From the NCBI GenBank assembly GCA_963826715.1, contig CAWGYA010000002.1:320001-384000 (forward strand): 64,000 nucleotides of DNA, read 5' to 3'. Below the pieces are notes generated by a model that was not told the origin of the DNA, did not search any database, and saw nothing but the letters and a program-made list of their open reading frames with translations. Shown piece by piece: positions 50,976 through 60,960 of the stretch (the first letter of the stretch is position 1; every line of letters begins with the position of its first letter). Made by a program: the position numbers and the translations under genes. Source of the DNA: Candidatus Bathyarchaeota archaeon (GTDB taxonomy: Archaea; Thermoproteota; Bathyarchaeia; Bathyarchaeales; Bathycorpusculaceae).

Positions 50976-51395
50976 GCTAATAACCTCAAAGATCTTTATC
51001 GCCACAAATTATATTTAAAATTTGCTAAAAGCTAATGCGTCTGCCTCGATAAGTCAATCAACCCAAAAACACCCTCTAATAGCAAAATAACTGTAAAATC
51101 AAGCTATAAAAATAGGCCTTTTTCCATGAATAGTCTCGAAATTCAAATTATACATTTAGATGTAAAATATTAAATCTTTCATAAGCCGAATCAAGAGTAT
51201 CCGTCACGAGGACACAACAAAGTAGATACACGCCTGACTTCCAAATTCTGCGCTATTCTGCAGATTTTTAGGTATGACATTGAAATGAGGATCGTATAGC
51301 GGTTTCGTTGAAATCAACTTGAGGATGTTTTTTGCAGGCTTAACTTTGGAGGTTGCTAATGGAAAAATCTACATAGCAAATCTTTTATAGTGTGA

Positions 51396-51414
51396 TGTAA
51401 TGTAAAAAATTACA
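51396..51414 (+). promoter_or_regulatory. candidate operator upstream of ECF S component
   Basis: TGTAAT-N7-ATTACA just downstream of TATA-like TTTTATA. Confidence 0.4.
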
Positions 51415-51448
51415 CAACGCTGAAGAAAAGTACACGGAGTTATAAACC

Positions 51449-52213
51449 ATGAACAACATAACAGCCCGTCAAGTCGCATTAGCAACCATCTTTGCAGCAT
51501 TATACGTCGTAGTAAACGTCACTACTCCCCCAATTCCAGTTGGGGTCGGCGGCTTAACAATCACCATATCAGCCCTCCTCGCAACCCTCTTAGGCATTAT
51601 CATAGGACCCTACCTCGGAACCGCCTCAGCCCTCCTAGGCGCAGTTGTCTCATTTGCCCTCACCGGCATGTCACCGCTCAACCTGCCCTTCCTATTATCT
51701 CCACCTCTGAATGCTTTTGTTTCAGGTTCACTATTCTACAAGAAATGGATACAAGCTACAATCCCATTTGTCGTTATAATGGTGGCCTTCGTCTTCACTC
51801 CGCCAGTATTCTCCTTTGGAAACCCCCAAGTAGCAATTTGGGTGCTTTGGGACAAAATTATCGCAGTGGCCCTCATCTTACCGCTAATGATGTTTAAGAA
51901 ACGCTTGGCCATCGGATATGGTTCAGCCTTATTCTTCCTCGTAGCATTCATCGGTAACCAAGCAGACAATATCTGGGGGTCTTTCGCCTTCGCATTACCA
52001 CAGGTTTACAACGGAATCTATGGCATGCCAATAGAAGCCGTTCAAGTAGCATTCCTTGCAGGACCATTCCTCTATCCAGCGATACGTCTCCTACAAGCTT
52101 TCATCATAACCCTTATCGCCGTACCACTCATCCCAGTGCTATCGAACAGCAACTGGCTTTGGAGCAAAAACAACATCCTAACGCCAGATGCCCCTAAACC
52201 CTCGAAAGCGTAG
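51449..52213 (+). CDS. ECF transporter S-component-like membrane protein
   Basis: A.FAALY.V...P.P...GIIIGPYLG pattern; multiple TMs. Confidence 0.75.
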   Translation: MNNITARQVALATIFAALYVVVNVTTPPIPVGVGGLTITISALLATLLGIIIGPYLGTASALLGAVVSFALTGMSPLNLPFLLSPPLNAFVSGSLFYKKWIQATIPFVVIMVAFVFTPPVFSFGNPQVAIWVLWDKIIAVALILPLMMFKKRLAIGYGSALFFLVAFIGNQADNIWGSFAFALPQVYNGIYGMPIEAVQVAFLAGPFLYPAIRLLQAFIITLIAVPLIPVLSNSNWLWSKNNILTPDAPKPSKA

Positions 52214-52403
52214 TCAAGTAAATCACTTTTCTTTTTTTATTTTAGGCAGCAAAAGCCATCGGGTTTAGAACCTATTCTCGATAGTTAAAAACGCCAAATA
52301 AAGAACAAAATAATAAAGGTCACTTGCGGAACAAAGAGTAATGAGAAAATGTCGCTCAAAGGGGCTTCAAAAGAAGTAAAACAAAATCATGAAGGGGTAA
52401 ATA

Positions 52404-52973
52404 ATGAAGAAGAAAAGCCTAATTCCCCAAAGCATAAGCACAATACGATTAGCAACCTTGCCGCTTATCCTCTACTTCTTTATCACCGGAGCTCAAGTTT
52501 GGTGCCTATTGGTTTTCGGAATAGCAATTGTCACCGATTTAATAGATGGTTATATCGCCAGAAAACTCAATGCCGCCACAAAGTGGGGCGCCTACTTTGA
52601 CGCAACCATTGACTTCACATTCATAATTGGCATCTTCATCGCTTTCATAATAAAGGGTTACTATCCGGCATGGATTATGCTACTGATTGTCCTCTCGTTT
52701 GGACAATTTATTATCTCCAGCCGGTACTCCAAAAAAATTTATGACCCTCTGGGAAAGTACATTGGCAGCGTACTCTATATCGCCATTGCTTTAACATTAA
52801 TCTCACCCATAAATGTCATCTTCACACTGGTAAAAGTGGCTTTTCCAGTTTTTATCGCTGCATCATTTGCCTCGCGTATGACACCCTCCACCATTAATTA
52901 CAGAAAAAATATCTTGGCACACAAAAATAAATTAGACATCCTCAAACGTGCAAAATTTAGGCCAAGGTCGTAG
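52404..52973 (+). CDS. CDP-alcohol phosphatidyltransferase
   Basis: TDLIDGYIARKLNAATKWGAYFD..ID signature. Confidence 0.92.
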   Translation: MKKKSLIPQSISTIRLATLPLILYFFITGAQVWCLLVFGIAIVTDLIDGYIARKLNAATKWGAYFDATIDFTFIIGIFIAFIIKGYYPAWIMLLIVLSFGQFIISSRYSKKIYDPLGKYIGSVLYIAIALTLISPINVIFTLVKVAFPVFIAASFASRMTPSTINYRKNILAHKNKLDILKRAKFRPRS

Positions 52974-52979
52974 AGCAAA

Positions 52980-53972
52980 ATGCTGCAGACAAACAGTTTA
53001 CCCTCTAAAATTCGTGTGTCGATTGGCACCGCCATTACTCTTGGACTAACCCAGGGGAAAATTGATGTGGCTCCTACCACCGCCTACCTCATGACTTACC
53101 GCGAGGGCAAGTGCACATCAAAATGCGACTTCTGTCCTCAAGCAAACACAAGTAAAAGTAGCAGCCAATTACTCTCTAGGGTCACATGGCCAACCTACCC
53201 AATGATTGATGTACTTTCGGCACTCCCCGTAGCTGTGAAGCAGCAGAAAATCCATCGTGTTTGCATTCAAGCACTAAACTACCCGCAGGTCTTCAACAAT
53301 CTAAATGCAATGGTAAGAAAAATTAAAGCATCGACAACAGTAGCGGTTTCGGTTTCATGCCAATCTAGAAATAGAATTGAAATTGAGCAGTTGAAGGACG
53401 CCGGAGTTGACAGGGTGGGGATCGCTCTTGATGGAGCAACTGAGGAAATATTTGAAAGAGTAAAGGGGAGCTGCAATAACTGGAATATGGTTTTTGGGAT
53501 GCTCAGGGAAGCTTTGACAATTTTGGGCAAGGGCAATGTTAGCACCCATTTGATTATAGGATTAGGTGAATCAGAATGGGAAGCTATAGAAACTATTCAG
53601 AAATGTGCTGATTTGGGTGTTTTGCCAGCACTTTTTGCGTTTACACCGATAAGGGGAACTGTTTTAGAGAAAAACGCACCGCCTAAGCTGGAGTCGTATA
53701 GACGCTTGCAGCTTGCTAGATTCCTAATAGTCACTGGCAAGACTAAAGCGCAAAACATGAGTTTTAGTGCTGATGGAAAAATCATTTGTTTCGGGTTAAG
53801 CAACGAAGCTTTAGAGCGCATAATATTCAGCGGAGAACCATTTCGCACTTCAGGTTGCCCAGAATGCAACCGTCCCTTCTACAATGAGAAGCCAAGCGGA
53901 CCAATCTACAATTTCCCAGTTAAACCAACAACAGAAGAGATAATGAAAATAAAAAAAGAACTAAGTAATTAG
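52980..53972 (+). CDS. lipS2: radical SAM protein, archaeal lipoyl synthase subunit LipS2-like
   Basis: PTTAYLM, CTSKCDFCPQ, LSRVTWP, TSGCPECNRP motif. Confidence 0.82.
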   Translation: MLQTNSLPSKIRVSIGTAITLGLTQGKIDVAPTTAYLMTYREGKCTSKCDFCPQANTSKSSSQLLSRVTWPTYPMIDVLSALPVAVKQQKIHRVCIQALNYPQVFNNLNAMVRKIKASTTVAVSVSCQSRNRIEIEQLKDAGVDRVGIALDGATEEIFERVKGSCNNWNMVFGMLREALTILGKGNVSTHLIIGLGESEWEAIETIQKCADLGVLPALFAFTPIRGTVLEKNAPPKLESYRRLQLARFLIVTGKTKAQNMSFSADGKIICFGLSNEALERIIFSGEPFRTSGCPECNRPFYNEKPSGPIYNFPVKPTTEEIMKIKKELSN

Positions 53973-55304
53973 CTCATCTGCATTCGCAGATTTCTTTGAG
54001 GGCTTAGAAAGCTTTGGTCGCTGTCGTGTGACTTGCTCAACTAACCGCCAGAACTCATCCATCGTGTAGCCTTTCAACAGTTCCTTCATAAGCTTCTTGA
54101 CTTGATAATAAGTCATCTGAGCTTCACCTTTGTCGAGGCTCTCCTGTGGACCTTTAATGCGACGGAAAAGTTCATCCATTTGCCGAGGAGATGCACGAAT
54201 ACCAGCATTTTCCAGAAGTTTCTGGATAAGGGTTTGCCCAGTGTTTCTCCCTATGAAAATCATGGTTTCTCTTCCGACGATTTCCGGTGGAAACGGCTCA
54301 AATACCAACGGCTGCGACATCATTTCCTCGACTTCTTCTTCGACTTCATGAGTGAATATGTTTTCACCAATTATGGGTTTATGGAATTGGATGGGCATAG
54401 CAAACGCTTTTTCAGCGGATTGAGCGATACGATAGATTTTGCCCATATCGATACCTGTGTCTATGTTGTAGAGGAGTTCTGCCGCAGTCACGACTTCCTC
54501 AAAGGGCGCTATTCCTGCGCGTTCCCCAAACCCAGCGATACAGGTATGAAGGTAGGATACACCTTCCTCCATGGCGGCTAAGGTGTTGGCGGAAGCTAAC
54601 CCAAAGTCGTTATGACAATGAATGGCTAACGGGGCATTCTTTTTTACAACCTCAGATAAACCATCCCGGACATGAGAAATCAAGTAACGCATTGAGAGTG
54701 GGCGTATGAAACCGACGCTGTCAGCAATAGCTAGTCGGCAGGCACCTACTTTTGCAGCTTCTTCAAAAACTTGAATAATATCCTCCAGAGGGGTGCGGGT
54801 TCCATCCTTCAAAGTGAAGTTTACAGTTGCACCGTGCTTTTTGGCGTATTCGATACCTTCAATTATTCGTTGAAGCGCTTGGTCTTTCGTGATTTTTAGT
54901 TTGGACTGTAAGTTTAATCCATTAATGGGAGATTCAATTGTTATCTCTTTTATGCCGCATTCCAAACAAGCATTAACACTGTTTTTAGTGGGTTCAGCGG
55001 AGGCAGTAAGTTTGGCTTGAGTAAAGCTTTCATTGACTATGCGTTTAACTGTGCGTTTTTCGTCTTCGGAGATTGCAGGAAAACCCATGTTTATGACGGA
55101 AACGCCTGCTTCATCCATAAGTTTGGCAAGACGAACCTGCTCCACGTATGTTAAGTAAACCGTGGGTGCCTTGAGACCTTCCCGGAACGTTTCATCCCAG
55201 ATGAAAACTCGATCTGGAAGTTTAGGTGGGAGATTCTTGCGTAATCGGTTATAATTTGCAATTAGCCCCTGTGCTTCAAGTTTTTTGAATATTGTCTTCC
55301 TCAT
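53961..55304 (-). CDS. isopropylmalate/homocitrate/citramalate synthase family, divergent
   Basis: DETFREG, HCHNDFGLA.AN, G.GERAG, KPIIG.N.F.HE. Confidence 0.85.
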   Translation of the reverse strand: MRKTIFKKLEAQGLIANYNRLRKNLPPKLPDRVFIWDETFREGLKAPTVYLTYVEQVRLAKLMDEAGVSVINMGFPAISEDEKRTVKRIVNESFTQAKLTASAEPTKNSVNACLECGIKEITIESPINGLNLQSKLKITKDQALQRIIEGIEYAKKHGATVNFTLKDGTRTPLEDIIQVFEEAAKVGACRLAIADSVGFIRPLSMRYLISHVRDGLSEVVKKNAPLAIHCHNDFGLASANTLAAMEEGVSYLHTCIAGFGERAGIAPFEEVVTAAELLYNIDTGIDMGKIYRIAQSAEKAFAMPIQFHKPIIGENIFTHEVEEEVEEMMSQPLVFEPFPPEIVGRETMIFIGRNTGQTLIQKLLENAGIRASPRQMDELFRRIKGPQESLDKGEAQMTYYQVKKLMKELLKGYTMDEFWRLVEQVTRQRPKLSKPSKKSANADELIT

Positions 55305-55326
55305 TTAGACACAGTCCAACAATACG

Positions 55327-55352
55327 AGCAAATTAGTCATGTCTAATTTGCT
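55327..55352 (-). promoter_or_regulatory. palindromic operator upstream of the leuA-like gene
   Basis: AGCAAATTAG-N6-CTAATTTGCT perfect 10-bp inverted repeat between a minus-strand TTTTATATA box and the ATG. Confidence 0.6.
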
Positions 55353-55491
55353 ACAACCTATATAAAACTGCATCTATCAAAGGCACGCGCACATTCTAAT
55401 TCTTGAAAACTTTGAATGAACTCAGCTATGAATCAACAATACATAAATCTTAAGTGCAAAAACAACCAATTTACTAAATACAAGGGAACTA

Positions 55492-55701
55492 TTGATGAGC
55501 AGCCTAAAGAGCACCATAGATAAAATCAAGAGTTTAGAAGCAGAAAAAAAGAGCCTTCTTTTAGAGATTGAAGCACTAAAAAAGATGGCTGATACAAAAG
55601 CAAACACACTCGAAAACGAAGTTGGTGCTCTGAGGGATGAAGTTAAATCGATTAAAACAATAATCGGGTCCGAGCCCACCATTGACAAAATCCAAATCTA
55701 A
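55492..55701 (+). CDS. small coiled-coil protein
   Basis: 69 aa of heptad repeats. Confidence 0.65.
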   Translation: MMSSLKSTIDKIKSLEAEKKSLLLEIEALKKMADTKANTLENEVGALRDEVKSIKTIIGSEPTIDKIQI

Positions 55702-55917
55702 CAATTTTTTGTTCAAAGGAAAGAAGAGGACATTATTTGCTTTAAAGGTCTAATAACTAGTAATCAAGTCAAAGGGCTTAATTAACAATGGATAGACCCG
55801 TCATTAACTGGTAATCTTTAGTAGTTAACGATCAATGTTGCTTTAAACTGATATTTGAATCAGTAAATGTTAAAGCACAAACGGAAAAATAGAAGCGGTT
55901 AATTGAAACGGCACCAA

Positions 55918-56763
55918 TTAATTAGAATGAGGAATTCGTTGAAATAGATCATTGATAGCTTTTGTGAGTGCATTACAAGCGATTTGCCTTGCCTCCACGG
56001 AGGTATCTGTTTCAAGTTTCTCGAGTTCCTTATTCAAGCGATTTGAGATTTCGAACAAGTCCTGTTTACGTTTTTCGTAATTGTCATGCAATTTATCTTG
56101 TTCCATAGCAAAGTTCTGAAGAATAACTTCGAGCTCGTTTTTGGCAGTTTCTAAATCGTGTGTGGTTTTGTACAATTTTTCTGCCGCTAAGCGTTTCTCT
56201 TTAAACTTGAAGAATCCTAGTTTAAGATCTTGTTGCTGTGTCAAGTCGTCTTCAAGCTGGTGTACATTGTTACTAAGGCGTTGTATGTCACTGTTGCGCC
56301 TTTTGCTTAATTCACGGGTTTGCTCAGCGTATTCTTTGTCTGCTTCAACGATTTTATGGTTATTATCTGATAAAGCTTTAGCTTCATCAGTTAAATAGGA
56401 TTCCACAAGCCGTTTTTCAGCAAGAGAAGCTTCAACATCGACAAAGATCTGCGCCCGGGTCTTCTCGAATAAATCGTCAACTTTTATCGCTGGATTAATT
56501 TCAAATTCAGAAACAATTTGGCGAAGATTAACCACCCAATCATCATAGTAATGACTAAATGGAGAGAGCGCAAAGATTTGACCACCCAATCTAGTAATGC
56601 CCCCAAGAGCACGCGCTGCAACTTCTGCAGAGGAAGCCTGTGGTGTTTCCACCTGAAGATACTTTGCACCTTGACGCGACTTCTTAGCTTTAGTTTTTTT
56701 TTCACGGGTGCTTTTAGCAAAATTTTTGCTAGCGCCTTTACGGCCTTGTGTTCTAGAACTCAT
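55918..56763 (-). CDS. coiled-coil hypothetical protein with basic N-terminus
   Basis: LGGQIFALSPFS..YDDW motif followed by a long coiled coil. Confidence 0.75.
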   Translation of the reverse strand: MSSRTQGRKGASKNFAKSTREKKTKAKKSRQGAKYLQVETPQASSAEVAARALGGITRLGGQIFALSPFSHYYDDWVVNLRQIVSEFEINPAIKVDDLFEKTRAQIFVDVEASLAEKRLVESYLTDEAKALSDNNHKIVEADKEYAEQTRELSKRRNSDIQRLSNNVHQLEDDLTQQQDLKLGFFKFKEKRLAAEKLYKTTHDLETAKNELEVILQNFAMEQDKLHDNYEKRKQDLFEISNRLNKELEKLETDTSVEARQIACNALTKAINDLFQRIPHSN

Positions 56764-56837
56764 AATAAAACCAGTGGGTTAAGGAAATATTTAAAGAATA
56801 GCACTCACTGCGATGTCTTTGTTACAAGGCAGAAGGC

Positions 56838-57821
56838 TTATTTCCTTTTGGCTTTTGATTTGCGGCTCAGACTCTTTGAAGAGGACTGGGTCTCGCCAGT
56901 TTGTTTGGGTCTTTGGCGACGTGTTAGCAGCAACAAAGCAGCCACCACAATAACAATAACAACAACGATGCCTATGGCCAAAGTTAAGTTTTGTTCAGAA
57001 CCTGTCGCTCCGCTTCCATTGCCGTTGTCAGAGCCTGAAATTGGACTGGGTGTTTCGATAACAACAGGTCCTGGAGCAGGTGTAGCAACTGGAACAGGCG
57101 CAGAGCCTTCGAGCAGTGGACCGCTAACTTGGAGAAGAACGTTGTAGTTAGCTATTTTTTTTTCGGATGGCGCATCCGTTTGGTTGAGGTCAAATGCTCC
57201 TGCTCTGAGAAACACTGTATCGCCTGGGGCTATATCAGTTTGGTTTGAGTAACCGACTGCCACCACCTGCCCGGTGGAGTTATAGAAGGCGACTGACATG
57301 ATTGTTCCTGAAGCTAAATGACTGCCTGTGTTTTTAATTTGGCAGTCAACAAAGTATTCCCCAACAGTGGTTTGAGTAGGGTGTTGACTGGTAATAGCTA
57401 AATCTGGATACTGGTACTCAGCGGTTGCAGGGGCCTCGCTGATTTCGAGGCTAATGTCAGATATTGTTAAACCATAAAATGTTCCTTCAGTGTTACTTTG
57501 AGAATGGAATTCCAGATAAAAAGGAGCTTTCTGGTTGGGTGTTAATTGGAACCCCCAAGCGTTGACGCCTGAGTTAACCTGAACGTCATCAGTAGTGGTC
57601 AGAGTTCCCGTGACCAAGACGTGGTCAATTATATTGGGTCCAATATTTTGGATTTCCCCTACTACAACCAGATAACCAAGTGAGTCAATGTAGTAACTGT
57701 AACTGACGATTTTCACTGTGCTAACTTGGCTGGTTCCATTTGGAACCAGAGTTAAACTTAGGGAGATAGCTACAAGAAAAACAATTAGACACACATATAA
57801 TTTCTTCATTACCGTATGCAC
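56838..57821 (-). CDS. secreted FxLYD-like two-domain surface protein with TM anchor
   Basis: Signal peptide, VVGEIQN.G, IKNTG...FYN..G.VV, Pro/Thr linker, TM plus basic tail. Confidence 0.8.
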   Translation of the reverse strand: MHTVMKKLYVCLIVFLVAISLSLTLVPNGTSQVSTVKIVSYSYYIDSLGYLVVVGEIQNIGPNIIDHVLVTGTLTTTDDVQVNSGVNAWGFQLTPNQKAPFYLEFHSQSNTEGTFYGLTISDISLEISEAPATAEYQYPDLAITSQHPTQTTVGEYFVDCQIKNTGSHLASGTIMSVAFYNSTGQVVAVGYSNQTDIAPGDTVFLRAGAFDLNQTDAPSEKKIANYNVLLQVSGPLLEGSAPVPVATPAPGPVVIETPSPISGSDNGNGSGATGSEQNLTLAIGIVVVIVIVVAALLLLTRRQRPKQTGETQSSSKSLSRKSKAKRK

Positions 57822-57960
57822 CTTTGCGTTTGTTTTGACTCATCAATGCCACGTGTGGTATAAAATGGTTTTTCCAAATTAGTATTTCCTGTGTTATCAG
57901 TTGCCAATGGTAAAATGTACGAAATTTTTAAATGCAAATTTGCTCCTTATGCAAGTAAAT

Positions 57961-58449
57961 ATGGTGCAAGCGATGGAAAAGTTACGTCCATATGTAGTTT
58001 TTCTTCCTATGGAAAAAAAAGACAAAATCTTATCTGCTATTTTCGGCTCCAAAGCAGGTGTTGACATCCTTCGCTTCTCTCTAAAGCAGGGCATAGCCAA
58101 AAACATCTACCAAAAAGATTTAGTGAACAAACTAAACTACTCCAACAAAACTATTATCGCAAACCTCAAATCGCTTACAACTCTGGGCGTCTTAAATGAA
58201 AGTATGGAGAAAAACGATAAGGAAGGACGCATAATCTGGATCAAAGTCTACCAGCTCACTAACCTTGGACGTTGGTTTGCTTTGCTCTTGGCAGAGGAGC
58301 ATGAAATCAGCGAGCATGAAAAAAGTGAGATTCTGCAGAGTCTTTTTCGAACCTATGTTAAACAGGTAAAGCGGCTAGCGGAGGAAATTGGCATAAACAA
58401 GAAAATGCTCGAGGAAACTTTCCGTGAAGAAATGAAAAGCGTTTCGTAG
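57961..58449 (+). CDS. winged-helix regulator-like protein
   Basis: YQKDL...LNYSNKTII..LK.L...GVL...YQLT.LG; start uncertain (57901-57972). Confidence 0.75.
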   Translation: MVQAMEKLRPYVVFLPMEKKDKILSAIFGSKAGVDILRFSLKQGIAKNIYQKDLVNKLNYSNKTIIANLKSLTTLGVLNESMEKNDKEGRIIWIKVYQLTNLGRWFALLLAEEHEISEHEKSEILQSLFRTYVKQVKRLAEEIGINKKMLEETFREEMKSVS

Positions 58450-58803
58450 GTTAAGTATTTGTTAGTTACTCGTCACTACTTACAAAGTACTTATTGATAT
58501 CATTATCAACTTGCTCGATAGTGTATTGAGTCCAAAAGTTATCTTCTGTTGAAAATCACTTTATTCCTAAACCAGGTGTATTTTGAGTGTTATATGCTGA
58601 ACAGTTTTGTCTATCTTTGTTGCGCAAAACGAAAAAGAGGCATGTTTAATTTATTTCAAAAACTGTCATGCTTTTTTGAGCGCTAAATTTTTGGGTTGTG
58701 GGGTTTGGAGATAGTTTGAGGGGGAGAAGGGAGAGCGTACAAAAATTATTGTTCTCCAAACCTTTCCACCCAACCCGTTTTTCGGTTTCTTTTTTGCCCT
58801 CCA

Positions 58804-59994
58804 TTAAAGTGCCTTGAACGCTTCGAACCAGCGATTATACATCGACAGCATATCAAGTGAAACACTGGGTTTGCGTTCCTCAAGTATCTGGCGAAAATCA
58901 GCCATTGTCAAAGGACGGGGCTTAGCTTCTTTATCCATTGCTTTACCTGACTCGAAGAATTCACCTATGAGCTTAAGTTGTGCTGATTGACAAACGTCCC
59001 GTATGTCGCTACCGGAAAAGCCCTCGGCTAGCCGCGCAAGTTCATGCAGATCTACGTCTCGAGCAATCTGCAAAGTGCTCGAATATAGCTTTAGCATACT
59101 AAGACGAGTGGAATGGTCTGCCAGCGGAACCAAGATACGTTTCTGGAATCTTCGAATAAACGCCCAATCCAAATCCCATGGCTTATTAGTTGCGCCAATC
59201 ACGTACACGTGCAATGCTTTGCCTTTATCCATTATGCCATCCATTTCTTTAAGGAACTGGTTGCGAACACGGATTTCGCCACCAACCTCGTTGGTATGTG
59301 CTCCCATAAGCGAATCCAATTCGTCAACGAATACTATGGCAGGTTTGCCTTCGTTGCTACTTTTGCGTGCAGAACCAAAAAGTTTCGCTACATTCTGTTC
59401 AGCTTCTCCTAGCCACTTTGACATAATCGATGCTGCATCAATTGAGTAAAAATTCGCCTCGATTTCAGTTGCTACTGCCGCCGCTAGCAAAGTTTTACCA
59501 CACCCCGGCGGGCCAAAAAGCAGAATGCCTCGTGGCCACCCAAGCGGGAATAGGTCGGGGCGTTGAACGGGATAAACTATAGCTTCTTTGACCGCTTTTT
59601 TGGCGGTGTCTAAACCCACAACTTCATCCCAGTTAACTTTAGGTTTCTCTGTCATTACAAGTTCTTCATTGTTTGGTTTTCCTACTGCGTTGGTTCCGTT
59701 TCCATCCATCGTTGCTGCTCCCCCGTTATCGCTATCTTCATTACTTGCTTGATTCATCTCCATTGGCGAAACGGCTCCCTGAAGCGCTTTTATGCGTTCT
59801 TGGTATGCGATTGCCCGTTGAACGTAAACTTTATTCAAGCCGTACTCTGGGTAAAGCTGCACAAGCTGCAGAAGACTCTCGATGGCTTTCTGGTAGAGAG
59901 TTATAGCTCTACCTTTTTGTCCCTGCTTATCTAACCGCACAGCATCTAAAGCGTAAGCTGTTGCTGCTTTTTCTAATTCATTTGACGCGCTCAT
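58804..59994 (-). CDS. cdvC: Vps4-like AAA+ ATPase CdvC
   Basis: N-terminal MIT domain, GPPGCGKT, SKWLGEAE, VDELD, ATNKPW.LD.AF.RRF. Confidence 0.96.
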   Translation of the reverse strand: MSASNELEKAATAYALDAVRLDKQGQKGRAITLYQKAIESLLQLVQLYPEYGLNKVYVQRAIAYQERIKALQGAVSPMEMNQASNEDSDNGGAATMDGNGTNAVGKPNNEELVMTEKPKVNWDEVVGLDTAKKAVKEAIVYPVQRPDLFPLGWPRGILLFGPPGCGKTLLAAAVATEIEANFYSIDAASIMSKWLGEAEQNVAKLFGSARKSSNEGKPAIVFVDELDSLMGAHTNEVGGEIRVRNQFLKEMDGIMDKGKALHVYVIGATNKPWDLDWAFIRRFQKRILVPLADHSTRLSMLKLYSSTLQIARDVDLHELARLAEGFSGSDIRDVCQSAQLKLIGEFFESGKAMDKEAKPRPLTMADFRQILEERKPSVSLDMLSMYNRWFEAFKAL

Positions 59995-60015
59995 GTGATT
60001 TTCTCTCCTTCTCTC

Positions 60016-60924
60016 TTATTCAGGTGAACGTAACTCGATTTTGATTTTGCCCTTTGTTCCTAAACTTTCTAGGGCACGCTCAATTTCTTCATTGGAAGTC
60101 TGCAATTCATTAGAGCATCTACTTAAATCGATTTCCCCGTTGGTTTTGCGCACATATTCTAAAAGCAGAACTTCTAATGCAGGCTTCTCAACTTTAAGTG
60201 AGAACTCTTTAATTTCAGATTTCTTGTAGGTGAACAAAGCTTTTTCTGGGTCAAAGCCAGATTCCTCCACGGTTTTCTTGCCGAATACCTGCGATGAACT
60301 TGCCGTTAACGCTACCATTTCACGGATCGGTGTAGGAACTTTTTCTTTAGCTGGTGAAGATATTGAAGACAAAGGTGGTTCTGGTAATTCTTCAGCTATT
60401 TTTTGCTCCATGAAGCAGGAGACTTCCTTAAGGATTTCTTCGCCCGCTTCAGTTTTCTTTCCTACTGGAACCAAATTTTCGTCAGCTGTCAATTTGGTTG
60501 CGTGAAGGGTTTCCTGTATTGTTGAGTTAACATTGTTAAGTTCAGTGCTAACATCAGGTAGCACCTGGAAAAGTTCTTGGGATACACCTTGGAGTAGTCG
60601 CAACGCGGGTTTGAGATCGGCAACTATGTCGCCGAGTTCTTTGATAGTTTCAAGGCGCATAACAACCCTTTCAATTGCTAATTGGACATTGTAAAGGAAT
60701 TTTACAAGTTTGCGGACTTCCGCAATTTCGGTGGCACACATGGCGGCTTTTTCTTTGTTGTTTTTTTTGAGTGCGCTCATGCAAGTTTCAAAAAGAATAC
60801 GGTCTCGCTCTTTTAGGCGATAGTTTGCTTGCTCCAGCTTGTTTTGCTGGGTTTTTAGTGTATAAATCGATTTAGTGGCAACTTCACGTATAGGGGGAGG
60901 GGTTTGGTTGGTGAAGCTTTTCGT
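60016..60924 (-). CDS. cdvB: ESCRT-III CdvB with C-terminal wH domain; inferred ACG start at 60924 (first ATG at 60780)
   Basis: Snf7 core (EIAEVRKL..LAIERV..RLET), MIM2-like ELPEPP, wH C-terminus. The frame upstream of the ATG aligns to the paralog's helix 1. Confidence 0.88.
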   Translation of the reverse strand, partial: TKSFTNQTPPPIREVATKSIYTLKTQQNKLEQANYRLKERDRILFETCMSALKKNNKEKAAMCATEIAEVRKLVKFLYNVQLAIERVVMRLETIKELGDIVADLKPALRLLQGVSQELFQVLPDVSTELNNVNSTIQETLHATKLTADENLVPVGKKTEAGEEILKEVSCFMEQKIAEELPEPPLSSISSPAKEKVPTPIREMVALTASSSQVFGKKTVEESGFDPEKALFTYKKSEIKEFSLKVEKPALEVLLLEYVRKTNGEIDLSRCSNELQTSNEEIERALESLGTKGKIKIELRSPE

Positions 60925-60960
60925 GTCTTGTCCCTCCGCCCATTCGTTTATTTTTAGATC

